64,000 nt of DNA, from the NCBI RefSeq assembly GCF_009914755.1, contig NC_060943.1; one strand, given 5' to 3'. The DNA is from the human T2T-CHM13v2.0 reference genome, Homo sapiens. Of the stretch, positions 1-11,924 are shown piece by piece (within the stretch, counting starts at the first letter, position 1; each line of letters begins with the position of its first letter). Below the pieces are notes generated by a model, which was not told the DNA's origin, did not search any database, and was given only the letters and a program-made list of their open reading frames with translations. The position numbers and the translations under genes were made by a program.

Positions 1-429
1 GGAGTTGCATGTGCTGACTACTCCTTCTGAGCCTCACAGTTATGTTCTCGAGATTTCACTCAGTGTCCTATGGTGTCACTGGTCCTGGTCGCAGACACAG
101 ACTCACCTGTGTGCAGGAGGTCAGGTGAGGATCGGTCCCAGCACCTTCATTCTTTGTTTCTTTCACTCACTCAGTAAACATCTGGTGAAGACTTGGACCA
201 GATCCCTGATCTTAATGAAGGAGGTGACGGTCCGGCCCAGGTGACAGGCACAGTTAATGTGATGATCACAACACAGTTGCCATGTGACCCTGGGCACGTC
301 AGCCCCTCTCAGCTACTGTTTTCTCCTATGTGAAGTGGAGATCATTATCTCAATCTCAACATGGCAAACAACACGGCAAGTGTATGAGTCAGCTACTGCT
401 GAGTAACAACAGCGGCAACAAAGACACCA

Positions 430-771
430 TTTGCCATCTCACAACTTCTGTGTGTCAAGAGTCTGGCTTAACTGGGTCCCCCGCTCAGAGTCTTATAAGC
501 CTAAAATCAAGGTATGGGCTGGGCCGAGTTGTCATCTGGAATTTGGGGTCCTCTTCTGAGCTAGTTTGGTTATCGGCAGAATTCATTTCCTTGCAGCTCT
601 AGGAATGAGGTCCCTGTTTACCTACTGGCTGTTGGATGTGAGTGCTCTGAGCCCCTAGAGGCTACTCTCAGGTGTCTGCCACATGGACCCTCCACAGGCA
701 GCTCACGACATAGCTGTTTGCTTTCTTTAAGGCAAGAAACCCCTTCCCTTTCTCTCTTTCTTTCAACTGTG

Positions 772-802
<31 letters not shown>

Positions 803-1280
803 ACATAAGACGGATCATCTTAACCACGTTTATGTGTACGGTTCAGTGATGTTAAGTATACTCACACTGCTGTGCAATGGCTCTCCAGAACCTTCCATCT
901 TGTAAAACTGAGACACTGTATCCACTGAACAACAGCTCCCCTCTTCCCTCCCCCAGCCCCTAGCACCCACCATTCTCCCTTCTGTCTCTCTGAATTTGAC
1001 ACCTCGGGATGTGCTTCTGGTCTCTTTTATGGGCTCACCTGATGAGGTCAGGCCCACCCAGGATGTCTCCTTTTTGATGAGCTCAGGTCAACTGACTAGG
1101 AATCTTCGTCGCATCTGCAAAATCCCTTTACCGAACACACGACCTAACTGCATTAACCTAACCACTGGAGTGACACCCCATCGTATTCGCAGGTCCAGCC
1201 CATCCTCAAGTGCAGGGGATTAGATAAGATGTGGGCACCAGGCGGTGGGGGTCTTGGGCGCCATCTTGGAATTCTGCCTA
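430..1280 (-). mobile_element. MaLR (MLT1-type) LTR, interrupted by (TG)n(TA)n and an L1MB fragment (about 800-1005)
   Basis: MLT-like text (ggcagaattcatttccttgcag, cacctgatgaggtcaggcccacccagga); L1M 3' text (gtacggttcagtgatgttaagtatactcac). Confidence 0.6.
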
Positions 1281-2584
1281 GGACTGTAGCTGTAAAAGAC
1301 ATGGTGGCCATTGCTGCTGTAGGTGCCATTAGTAGGAAACACACACAAAGTGGCCCCCAAGGAGCACGTACTATGCATCAGGCTCTGTGCAAGGCACAGA
1401 GAAAACAGCAAAGAACTTTGGGGAAAGTTGAAGACTTGAGGTGAACAACTGGATATCTTAGTAGGTCTCTCTGAAGGTTGAGCAAATGGATAGGGGATAT
1501 TGGGAGATGGGTTATGTCCCTTGGAAAGAACTCCAAATGTCCCTTTCAATAACTTTCCACTCTACCAGTCATCTCCTCCTTCCAGAAATTCTCAGGAGGC
1601 AGCGCTTGGTGGCTCTTCTGCAGATGCCAGGATGGTGACGGTGACAGCAGGCCACGCTCTTGTGTTTAGAATAGGAGGTCCCCAAGGACACAGAGTCACA
1701 GACGGGTCAGGTAAGTTGCCTGGGCGCCCACACGAATAGGAGGTGCTTCTGGATTTGAAACAAGTCTTCTAGTGCTAGGAGCCCCAGAACACACCTAGTG
1801 CCACCCCCTCCCCACGACAAAGCCCACCAGAAGGGCTGGCTGCCTAAAGAGGTAGTGGACAAGACCTCACAGACTCACAGACTAGTGGGAGAAGACAGAA
1901 GAGCGTAGCCCTGAACGCAGTGTGGGGGCACACGGTGATTGGAACCTGGCACCCACATCAACGGTCAAAGTCTAGATGGTTTTGTTTGGTTGTACTCCCG
2001 CCTCCCTCTGACCCCATGCCCACGAGTAAGAGGAGCTCCGTCCACATTTATGGACACTTAATGTTCCTGCACACCCATAAATAAGGTGAAGCCGAGTCTG
2101 CATGTGTGCGAAAGGGCACAGAGCTTTGCACATACATGGTGCCAGGGTCCATTTCCTGGTTTTGTACTATGGTTACGTAAGATGTCACCACTGGGGGAAA
2201 CTGTGAAGATACATGTGATGTTTTTTGCTCTGTGTGATTTTTGCAACTTCCTCTGAATCTGTAATGATTTCAAAATAAAGGTTGTTTTTTTTTTTTAATA
2301 AGTGGAGACACATTTAGGTGTAACTGGGACACAGCCTGCCACCTACTTTCCAAATGCCTCCTTTCTCCCAATAACCCCCACCCTCTCCCCAAAGACCTGG
2401 CAGTACTCCTGCAAGAGGAAGGGATGGACGCCAGAAAAAGGGAGTGAAGGTCCTGCTGATTCGGTCCTGGCTGAGGCCGAACGCAGGCCCCCCCTTCCCT
2501 TTGCCACCAAGAGGAGTCTAAGATCTCCCTGGAGAACATATCTTGTAGAACCCCCTCCCCTTGAGTGTGGGCAGGGCCCGTGGA

Positions 2585-3140
2585 CATGATGAGATATCAC
2601 TCCCCTGATTAGGTTGCTTTTCAGGAAAGAAGGGATTTTGAAGAGGTAAATAAGGTCCTAAATCAGTTGACCTTGAGTTCACTGAAAGGGCGATTATCCT
2701 AGGTGGGCCTGGTCTAATCAGGTGACCCTTTAAAAGGGATTGGGCCTTTCCTGAAATGAGAGCCTGGAAGCATGAGGGGCCTATGGAGAAGGCCAAGTGG
2801 CCTGAGAGTGGCCTCAAAGAGCTGAGAGTTGCCCCCTCCTGACAGCTAACAACGCAACAGAAACAGTCTATCAACCACAAAGAACTGAATTCTGAATGAG
2901 CCTGGAATGAGCTTGGAAGGGGATCCGTCACCACACAAACCTTCGGATGAGAATGCAGCCCTGGCTCACATCTCCGAGGTCAGAAGTTTGGACATAGTGT
3001 GGCTGGGTCCTCTGTGCAGGGTCTTACCCAGCCACACTACATCCAAACTTCTGACCTATGGAACCATGAGATAATAAATGGGTGTCACTCTAAGCTACTG
3101 CATTCATGGTAGTTGTTACGCAGCCATAGCTAGCTAATAC
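2585..3140 (+). mobile_element. MaLR (MLT1-type) LTR hosting MIR7850
   Basis: Typical MLT1 motifs: gattatcctaggtgggcct, gagataataaatggg...ggtagttgttacgcagccatagctagctaatac end. Confidence 0.7.
2977..3057 (+). ncRNA. MIR7850: miRNA hairpin MIR7850 (mature 5p about 2986-3006, GTTTGGACATAGTGTGGCTGG)
   Basis: Near-perfect 31-bp stem aggtcagaagtttggacatagtgtggctggg / cccagccacactacatccaaacttctgacct with a ~19-nt loop; the mature sequence matches recalled miR-7850-5p. Confidence 0.8.
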
Positions 3141-3399
3141 ACTCTTTATGTGCTGCAGACTAGAGCATTCTGGGATTTTATGGTCAGCTTTCAAACTTAT
3201 TCATACACAAGGGTTTGGACATCATGTCCCTCCACAATCAGCCAAGCAACTCAGCAGTTTCCTCCTGAGTATGTCTGAGTATATCATCAAAAAGGTCTAA
3301 TGACTATGACATTATCTGATTGTCTCAACAGCACTGTGTGGGGCTGAGGAGGCATAGCAGGCATGAAGACCAGAGGAAGAATGGTGCATTTAGTATTAG

Positions 3400-3670
3400 A
3401 CAGCTTGACATGCATTAACCCCTTGAGAGGCAGGCACTGCCTATTCTCCCCCCTTTCACAGACGAGGGCATTGAGGTTCAGAAAAGCACAGAGATGGCCC
3501 AGGGTCACAGAGCCAGTAGGTGGCAGAGTTGGGAGCCCAAGCCCTAAACTGCTGGTTATGTCACCTCATGAAGCCACTTAACCTCGCTAGGTCTCAGCAT
3601 CCTTATCTGTCCAGTGACGATCATTCTTTCCTCACGAGTGGTTATGAGATGAAATCAGATAACTCAAGGC
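3400..3670. mobile_element. MIR fragments
   Basis: MIR core text (ttcacagacgagggcattgaggttcagaaaag...ggtcacagagccagtaggtggcagag; ttaacctcgctaggtctcagcatccttatctgt). Confidence 0.6.
3513..3526 (+). promoter_or_regulatory. Candidate CTCF site
   Basis: CCAGTAGGTGGCAG matches the CCASYAGRKGGCR core. Confidence 0.4.
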
Positions 3671-3679
3671 CTCTAGGCT

Positions 3680-4105
3680 GAGGGTCAGCAAACCTTTTCT
3701 GCAAAAGGCCACTGAGCTCTGTCCTTGTAGTATGAAAGCAGTCACTGATGACAGGTAAATGAATGTCTGTGGCCGTGTGCCAATAAAACTTTATTCATAA
3801 AAACAGGAAGTGGAACAGAGAACTTGGCCCAGGGACCTGCAGTATGTCTGTGGCTGTGTGCCAATAAAACTTTATTTATACAAACAGGGAGTGGAGGGGG
3901 GAACTTGGCCCAGGGAGCTGCAGTTTGTCTGTGGCTGTGTGCCAATAAAACTTCATTTATAAAAACAGGAAGTGGAGGGCCAGACTGGGCCTGGGGTGGG
4001 GGCACAGCATGTCTGTGGCTGTATGCCAATAAAACTTTATTTATAAAAACAGGAACTAGATGGGGGACTTGGCCTGGGGGCCACAGTTTTCGACCCCGGC
4101 TTTAG
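3680..4105 (+). mobile_element. MER58-type hAT MITE with 3' half tandemly repeated 4x (81-84-bp unit)
   Basis: tgccaataaaac at 3778, 3859, 3940 and 4024; MER58-like termini (gggtcagcaaac...gttttcgaccccgg). Confidence 0.75.
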
Positions 4106-4407
4106 CAGTTTTTTCCTTCTTTTGCTAACTTCTAAAATGAAGCCGACTGACCCTAGAAGTGCCATTTCTGAAAGAGGAAGAGAGAAAAGGGGTGAAAGGA
4201 CGTTGAACCAGCCAAGGCAGACTACAGCATTTTCAGGGCGTCTCCCCAAGATCTCCAATAAGGACAACTAGCATCGACTAGGCTAATCCCGTGACGGCCT
4301 GTTCTGCGGGGACATCATCACCCTGGTGCTGCCCTCTCCCCCATTCTCTAGAGAAAGGAGCCCCAAAAGAACAGATAAACTCTGCCTCCTAGAAAGGTAA
4401 GACTCCT

Positions 4408-4714
<307 letters not shown>

Positions 4715-4735
4715 CCCAACCTGCTATAAACAAAA

Positions 4736-4737
<2 letters not shown>

Positions 4738-4780
<43 letters not shown>
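4738..4780. repeat. (CA)n microsatellite
   Basis: Seen directly. Confidence 0.95.
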
Positions 4781-4782
<2 letters not shown>

Positions 4783-4836
4783 AAAACAGACTGGGAATTG
4801 TAAAAACAGCTGACGAACAGAGACTTTCTACTCTAC

Positions 4837-4970
4837 AGGGAAGTCTCTCACCGTCAGCACTGTGGACATCGGGACTGGATCCATCTCTGGGGTGAGGCTG
4901 CCCTGGCACTGCAGGGTGCTGAGCAGAGTCCCTGGCCTCCACCCACTCCCTGCCAGGAGCACCCCTTAGT
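4837..4970 (-). mobile_element. MER20 (GC-shifted local variant), partial
   Basis: cagcactgtggacatc...ggcactgcagggtgctgagcag...ccctggcctccacccactcc. Confidence 0.75.
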
Positions 4971-5718
4971 TACACTGAGCTATGATCGCACCACTGCACT
5001 CGCACCTGGGCAACAGAGTGAGACTCTGACTCTAAAATAATAATAATAACAAGAATATAAGAATAATAATTCAGATCCATGTCCGATAAAAATAATAAAT
5101 AAGTAAAGCTGAGGCTCTAACATGAAGTCATTACGAGGCTCATCCAGCCACAGTGGGCTCTGCACTGGGGCACCCGCCTGGGCCTCTGCCTGGCCCATGT
5201 CTGCTCAGGAGCCCTCAGCCCCTTGAACCCTGCTGGTGGGACAGGGGGCCCCTCTACCAGGCCCCTAACTTCTCAACAGACCCCACCTTGGGCCTCCCCA
5301 GGCTGCACCTTAACCATCTATGACACGCATCCCCAGGCGGCACCGGGAGTGTCTGCGCAGAGATCCGAGGGTGTTAGCCTGGCAGGGGCCCTGCAGGTGA
5401 GTGCTGGTTCACTAAAACGATGAAGCGGATGGGAGGAAAATTAGCATCCAACGGGCCTCATCATTGCTGTCCTGGGCAATGGACTCTGACCCCTGCTGTA
5501 GAGGGTCAGAGAGGGTCAAGGTCAAGCCACAGATTGGCAGAGCCATCCTCTCTGGCCTCCACTCGGCTCCCCCATGTCCCCTGCCCCCAGCATCTCATCA
5601 TATGCGACTGTCACCGCCGTGTGTATTTTGAGTCAAAGGCGGCCAAGGCTCGATGAATCTGCCGATGACCAAGTTGGTGCCTCATCCCTCGTTCTGTGGG
5701 AGGCTGACTGTTCAAGCG

Positions 5719-5731
5719 GTTGCTTAGCAAC
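5719..5731. promoter_or_regulatory. RFX X-box-like palindrome
   Basis: GTTGCTTAGCAAC. Confidence 0.5.
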
Positions 5732-5733
5732 AG

Positions 5734-5740
5734 GCGCGCG

Positions 5741-5790
<50 letters not shown>
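5734..5790. repeat. (GC)n(CA)n compound microsatellite
   Basis: Seen directly; uninterrupted alternating purine-pyrimidine tract. Confidence 0.95.
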
Positions 5791-5792
<2 letters not shown>

Positions 5793-6061
5793 AGGTGGCT
5801 GTGGTCTGCACACTGGGCTGGGGTACTCAGATCCCCGGGCTCGGTGGTCGTGGATGTGAGCCTCTCTGGGTATGGAGCCTCAATCAGTAGAGTCAGGTGG
5901 TCGCAATAACAGCTCTGAAACGGGGATTCATTGAGAGGACATCGGTGGGCTTGAAAACGGGTGTCTGTTTACCGGGGCTTGAGTGGGAGCTGTAGTAATT
6001 CTGTCCAGAAGAGGACAGAAGCCTGCTCTCAACTCACCCGGGAGGCAGGTTCTTCTGCACC

Positions 6062-6690
6062 GGGCCTTCTCCCCCCGGCACTGTGGGCATTTGGGGCTGA
6101 ATCATTCTTGGTTGTGGGGCTGCCCCGGGCACTGCAGGGTGCTGAGTGGCACCCCTGACCTCCACCCCATGGCATCCACCAATCGAGGCAGCCACAAATG
6201 TCTCCTGGGTGCAAAATTGCCCCGAGTTGAGACCCCCTGGGATAGGGGATTCCACGGACCCCCAAGAGACTCCGCGTCCCATGATCCTCTGCCCTGCTGA
6301 GGTCCCCGGAGGCTGCACACATTGAAATCCACACCCTGAGTGAGGAGGGAGAGAGGAGGTGAGTCCCAGGAGCTGGGGGTCCTCCTGGTTTACACCGTCT
6401 GCCCCACTGGGCGTTTATGGTGCCTATCATGAGCAGGAAAATAACTCGAATTTTTTTCCCCAAAATAATGAACCCAGAGTTTCTCCCCCTCAGCACTGTG
6501 GACATTTGAGGCCCGATTGTTCTCTGGGGTGGGGCCGTCCTGGGCACTGCGGGGTGCTGAGCAGTATCCCTGGCCTCCACCCACTCCATGCCAGGAGCTC
6601 CCCCAAGTCGCGAAAACCACAGATGTCCCAGAAATTGCTCAGTGTCCCCGGGGTTGGGGGTGGGGGGCGGCATCACCCAGATGACCCCTG
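6062..6690 (+). repeat. MER20-core-MER20 cassette, copy A (core about 6241-6475); strand refers to the core, MER20 consensus is on the opposite strand
   Basis: Core gggattccacggacccccaagagac...gctgaggtccccggaggctgcacacattgaaatccacaccctgagt...tttacaccgtctgcccca, flanked by direct MER20 copies. Confidence 0.85.
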
Positions 6691-7285
6691 CTATAGAGGG
6701 TCAAGGTCATGTCCAAGCTCTCCTACCGCCGGGAAGCACTGCCTTGTCCTGGGCTACAGATGTGGAGGCTGCTGGGTACAGGGAGAGGTTTCTGAGTCCT
6801 GGAGACTGTGGCAGAGCCCCTGATTTCGGCACAGCGCCCCGTAATTACTTGCGGGCTGCACACACGTTTTCTCTCGGGGAGGGTGGTAGCAATGAGCTGT
6901 GACCTTCCGGGAGCAGAGCGTTTTCAGGCTCTGGCTGTATATCTTGGCAATTCTTTCAGGGGAACAACTTGTCCGCGAAAAGAACTGATAATAACGTGAA
7001 TTTCAACACGACCAGGACATGCTGAAATCTGGTGACCGACCAGGGGGAAATAAACCCGCTCTGACTGGCCGCGGGGACTGGAGTTTGCTCACCACACAAG
7101 AGCCCTTCTCAGGATAAGAGGCTCCAGTAAAGCTCTCAGCAGAAATGTTACCAAAAAAAAAAAACCCTCGCCGGGAGAACAAGGAGCTACCAGAAAAACA
7201 CACTCGGTGATCTGGAGGTCGCAAAGTTCTTCCGCACTCAGTGAGGCAAGAAGCAAAAAGGCTGAAGAAATGCTTATCCTGGAAG

Positions 7286-7585
7286 AGGGGTTCTCACCCG
7301 GGTTCTGTGGACATCGGAGCCGGATCGTTCTCTGGGGTGGGGTCGTCCTGGGCACTGCAGGCTGCTGAGCAGCGTCCCGGGCCTCCACCCACTCCATGCC
7401 AGGGGCACCCCCCAGTCGTGTAACCACAAATATCCCCAGACATTGCCCCAGATGAGTGAGGACAGAGGTGCAGGTGGGTGCAGGTGGGCACAGGTGGGTG
7501 CAGGTGCCCCGTGAACCCATCTCCATCTGCACCCTCTGCATCTCCAACCCCACCCCCAGCCCCAGTGTCTCCTAAGGGGTAGAAA
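7286..7585 (-). mobile_element. MER20 variant interrupted by a CAGGTG-rich mini-repeat (about 7455-7560)
   Basis: MER20 text stops at cattgcccca and resumes at cccagtgtctcctaagggg. Confidence 0.65.
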
Positions 7586-7599
7586 GTCTTCAGTGCTGA

Positions 7600-8490
<891 letters not shown>

Positions 8491-9134
8491 GAATTCTCCT
8501 CTGGCCAAACTGAACCAGCTCTCTACTGCCTTCACTCAGGGGCGCACGAGTCTCTAACTCACAGGCGAGGATCCAGGCCCTCTGCCCGCCAGGACAATGA
8601 CCCCTCTCTGAGCTGGGGAGTGGCAGCCCCAGGTCCACAGCCAGTTCTCACCCTGAGGAGCATGACATCTGGGAGGGGGGATGACAGGCACCCCAGGGCC
8701 TGATGGTGGGGACAAGCCAGGGTCTGATTCCCATGGCAGGATGACCTGCACTCTCCCAGGGCCACCCAGCCCTCCAGGGATGCTTTATGCCTTCCATTCT
8801 CTGGTCCGAGCTCTGCTCTGGAGACACCTCTGTGCCCGAGTGTGAGGTGCATTCCCTGACTGCCTTAAGGCCACTCCTGGGGAGCAGAGCCAGTGCCTCC
8901 CGCCTCCTGCCACGCACAACACCCAGGGACCGCCTCTGGTTTTGGGCAGAGAGGCTCTGAGTGTGCCCACAGGGGCCCCTAGGGCAGGGGCCAACCATCT
9001 GGGTTTGCCTGGGACTTAGGGCTGTCAGTGTTGAACCAGGAAGGTATCAAGCAAACTGCAGTGGGGGTAGTGACAGAGCTTAAAGAGGGGCTCGGGGGTG
9101 ACTGAAGACATCTGGGATACAGTCAGTATGCACT

Positions 9135-9350
9135 GCCTGCACCTCCATCCCCACCTGCACCCACCTGAACCCAACTACGCACACCTGCGCCCATCTGCAC
9201 CTCCGTCCCCACTTGTGCCCACCTGCGCCCACCTGCACTTCCGTCCCCACCTGCACCTCTGTCCCCACCTGCACCTCCAACTCCACTTGTCCTCACCTGC
9301 ACCCACCTGCACACCCACTGCACCCCCGTCCCTACCTGCACCCCCCGCAT
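9135..9350. repeat. CCCACCTGCA-type degenerate minisatellite
   Basis: Repeated ccacctgca(c) units. Confidence 0.85.
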
Positions 9351-9405
9351 CTCCAGCCCCCTGCCGGCTCCAGGCCCGGGGCCAGGAAACTCCGTGGGCC
9401 TCCTC

Positions 9406-9418
9406 TGCCCCCTCGTGG
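9406..9418 (-). promoter_or_regulatory. Candidate CTCF site
   Basis: Minus strand GGCCACGAGGGGGCAG, within a CpG-rich patch. Confidence 0.45.
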
Positions 9419-9944
9419 CCGCCAGCGGTAACAGCAGCCCTCTGCAAATCGAGCTTCAGAGGCCCCAGGAACAGGCTCCCCCCCCCGCCCCCGAGCCCGG
9501 GCCGTCTTTGCTGTTGTCGTTGTTGTTTTGCCCTGGGGCCTGCAGAAGGATAGGAGCAGGGGATCACGGTGCTGGTTTTGTCATCAGGACAGGCAGCCAC
9601 GGCCCTCACTTGGCGGCGCACCTGCTCTCCTGGAGAGGCTGCCACCCAGAGGTCAGAGACCCCCGCAGGCGCCTGCACCCCTCACAGCCTCGCTCTCCTC
9701 CCCGTCCGTCCTTGTAGGGAGGTGAGTTTCCAAGCTTCCCACCCTGTGCCCGCAGGAGCCAAAGCCGCACTCGCCCAGCCCAGCGCCCAGCAAACAGGAG
9801 GTGCTCAATGAATGACTAGCAACATTATTAAAAGATCAGGAAAAGCCCGCATCCCACGCCACCCTTTGTAACAGAGAACCCCTTCAAGGTCAGCCGGCAC
9901 CACACCTGCTCACCACTAATTCCGTCCCCTCTACTGGGGCCTCC

Positions 9945-11055
9945 CCTTGCGTGTGTGGACATCAGAGCCTGATGATTCTCTGGGGTGGGGCCGTCCTGGG
10001 CACCATAGGGTGCTGAGCAGCGTCCCTGGCCTCCATCCACTCCATGCCAGGAGCATCCCTCCATCATGACAATTACAGATGTCCCCTGGAGGCAGAATCA
10101 CCCCTGGTTGAGACCCCCCGGGTTAGGGGATTCCACGGACCCCCAAGAGACTCCGCGTCCCATGATCCTCTGCCATGCTGAGGTCCCAGGAGGCTGCACA
10201 CATTGAAATCCACACCCTGAGTTGGGAGGGAGAGAGGAGATGAATCCCAGGAGCTGGGGGTCCCCCTGATTTACACCATCTGCCCCATCGGGAGTTTATT
10301 CTGGTGTCCAGTGTGAGCAGGGACTGAAGTCAGTTTTGAAATAATGAATGGGCCGGGTGCGGTGGCTCACGCCTGTCACCCCAGCACTTTGGGAGGCCGA
10401 GGCAGGTGGATCACGAGGTCAGGAGTTCAAGACCAGCCTGGCTAACATGGTGAAACCCTGTCTCTACTAAATATACAAAAGTTAGCCGGGCGTGGTGGCA
10501 TGCACCTGTAATCCCAGCTACTCGGGAGGCCGAGGCAGAGAATTACTTGAGCCTGGGAGGCAGAGGTTGCAGTGAGCTGAGATCATGCCACTGCACTCCA
10601 GCCTGGGTGACAGAGCGAGACTCTGTCAGAAAGAGAAAAGAAAAGAAAAGGGGAAGAGAAGGGGATGGGAAGGGAAAGGGGGAGGGGAAGGGGAAGGAGG
10701 GGAAGGGGAGGGGGAGGGGAGGGGGAGGGAAAGGGGAGGGGAAGGGGAGGGGAAGGGGAGGGGAGGGGAATGGAAGGGGAGGGGAGGGGAAGGGAAGAGG
10801 GAGGGGAGGAGAAGGGAAGGGGGAGGGGAGGGGAAGGGAAGGGAGAAAGAAAGAGTCTCTCCCTCCTGGGCACTGTAGACATTGGGGCTGGATGATTCTC
10901 TTGGATGGGGCCATGTTGAGCAGTGTCCCTGACCTCCAACCACTCATGCCAGGAGCACCCCCCAGTCGTGACAACCAGAGACATCCCTAGACATCTCCCA
11001 GCATCCCCTGGGGAGGGGAGGGGAGGGGAGGGTTGGGTCAGAATCACCCCTGCTT
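9945..11055 (+). repeat. MER20-core-MER20 cassette, copy C (core about 10122-10350), with an Alu (10351-10630) and GA-rich tract at the core/MER20 junction
   Basis: Same core and junctions as copy A; MER20 resumes at about 10853. Confidence 0.85.
10630..10852. repeat. Polypurine (GGGGA/GGGAA) tract
   Basis: Seen directly; continues from the Alu tail. Confidence 0.95.
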
Positions 11056-11242
11056 CCTCCGTGAGCCCCACTAGCATAGTTAAATTTCAAGTAGTTCAGA
11101 ATTTAAGTGTAAAACATGCAATCGGAACAAAATACAGGTGATTTTTTTATAATCTTAAAATTTGGAAGAGATCCATAAAAAAAACAAAGGAGATGCTCAT
11201 GTATAACAAACATTTAAAATCCTGGCCAGGTGCGGTGGCTCA

Positions 11243-11558
<316 letters not shown>

Positions 11559-11924
11559 TCAGGAAAATATTTGCAGAGTTCAAACAAACGTTTATAAACT
11601 GTTCAAACAAATCAATGCGCCTGAGACGCCGGAACAGAAAGGTCAGCAAAGACCCCAGCCTGGCAGCCCACAGAAGGATGCCCAGAGAACGGTCGGATTC
11701 ACCGGCCACCAAGGACACCCAAACAAAACAAAGATGAGCGCCCCTACTTGCCAGCTTGGCAAAGATTTCACAGCTGCGGCTGGGAGGGTGGGGAACGAGC
11801 GCTCCAGGAAGGAATGGGGTGTTTCTGGAGGTTTTTGTGGCTGGATGTCAAATGTAGATGGCAGGCACAGAGCTCAGCAGCACATCCACTCGCAGGAATT
11901 TAACTTAAACCTCAACCATCCAAG

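Noticed and set aside
6029-6676. Recurring peptide WISMCAASWDLSRAEDHGT in ORFs at 6.0, 7.8, 25.3, 26.4, 37.1 and 49.7 kb
   Set aside because: Reflects the repeated DNA core; flanking frames differ and indels are not multiples of three, so this is not a protein family.
10195-10255. Pol III B-box-like words in the core (attgaaatcc, gtgaatccc) suggesting a SINE or tRNA origin
   Set aside because: Poor match to GTTCRANNC; no A-box spacing, cloverleaf, poly-A tail or TSD.
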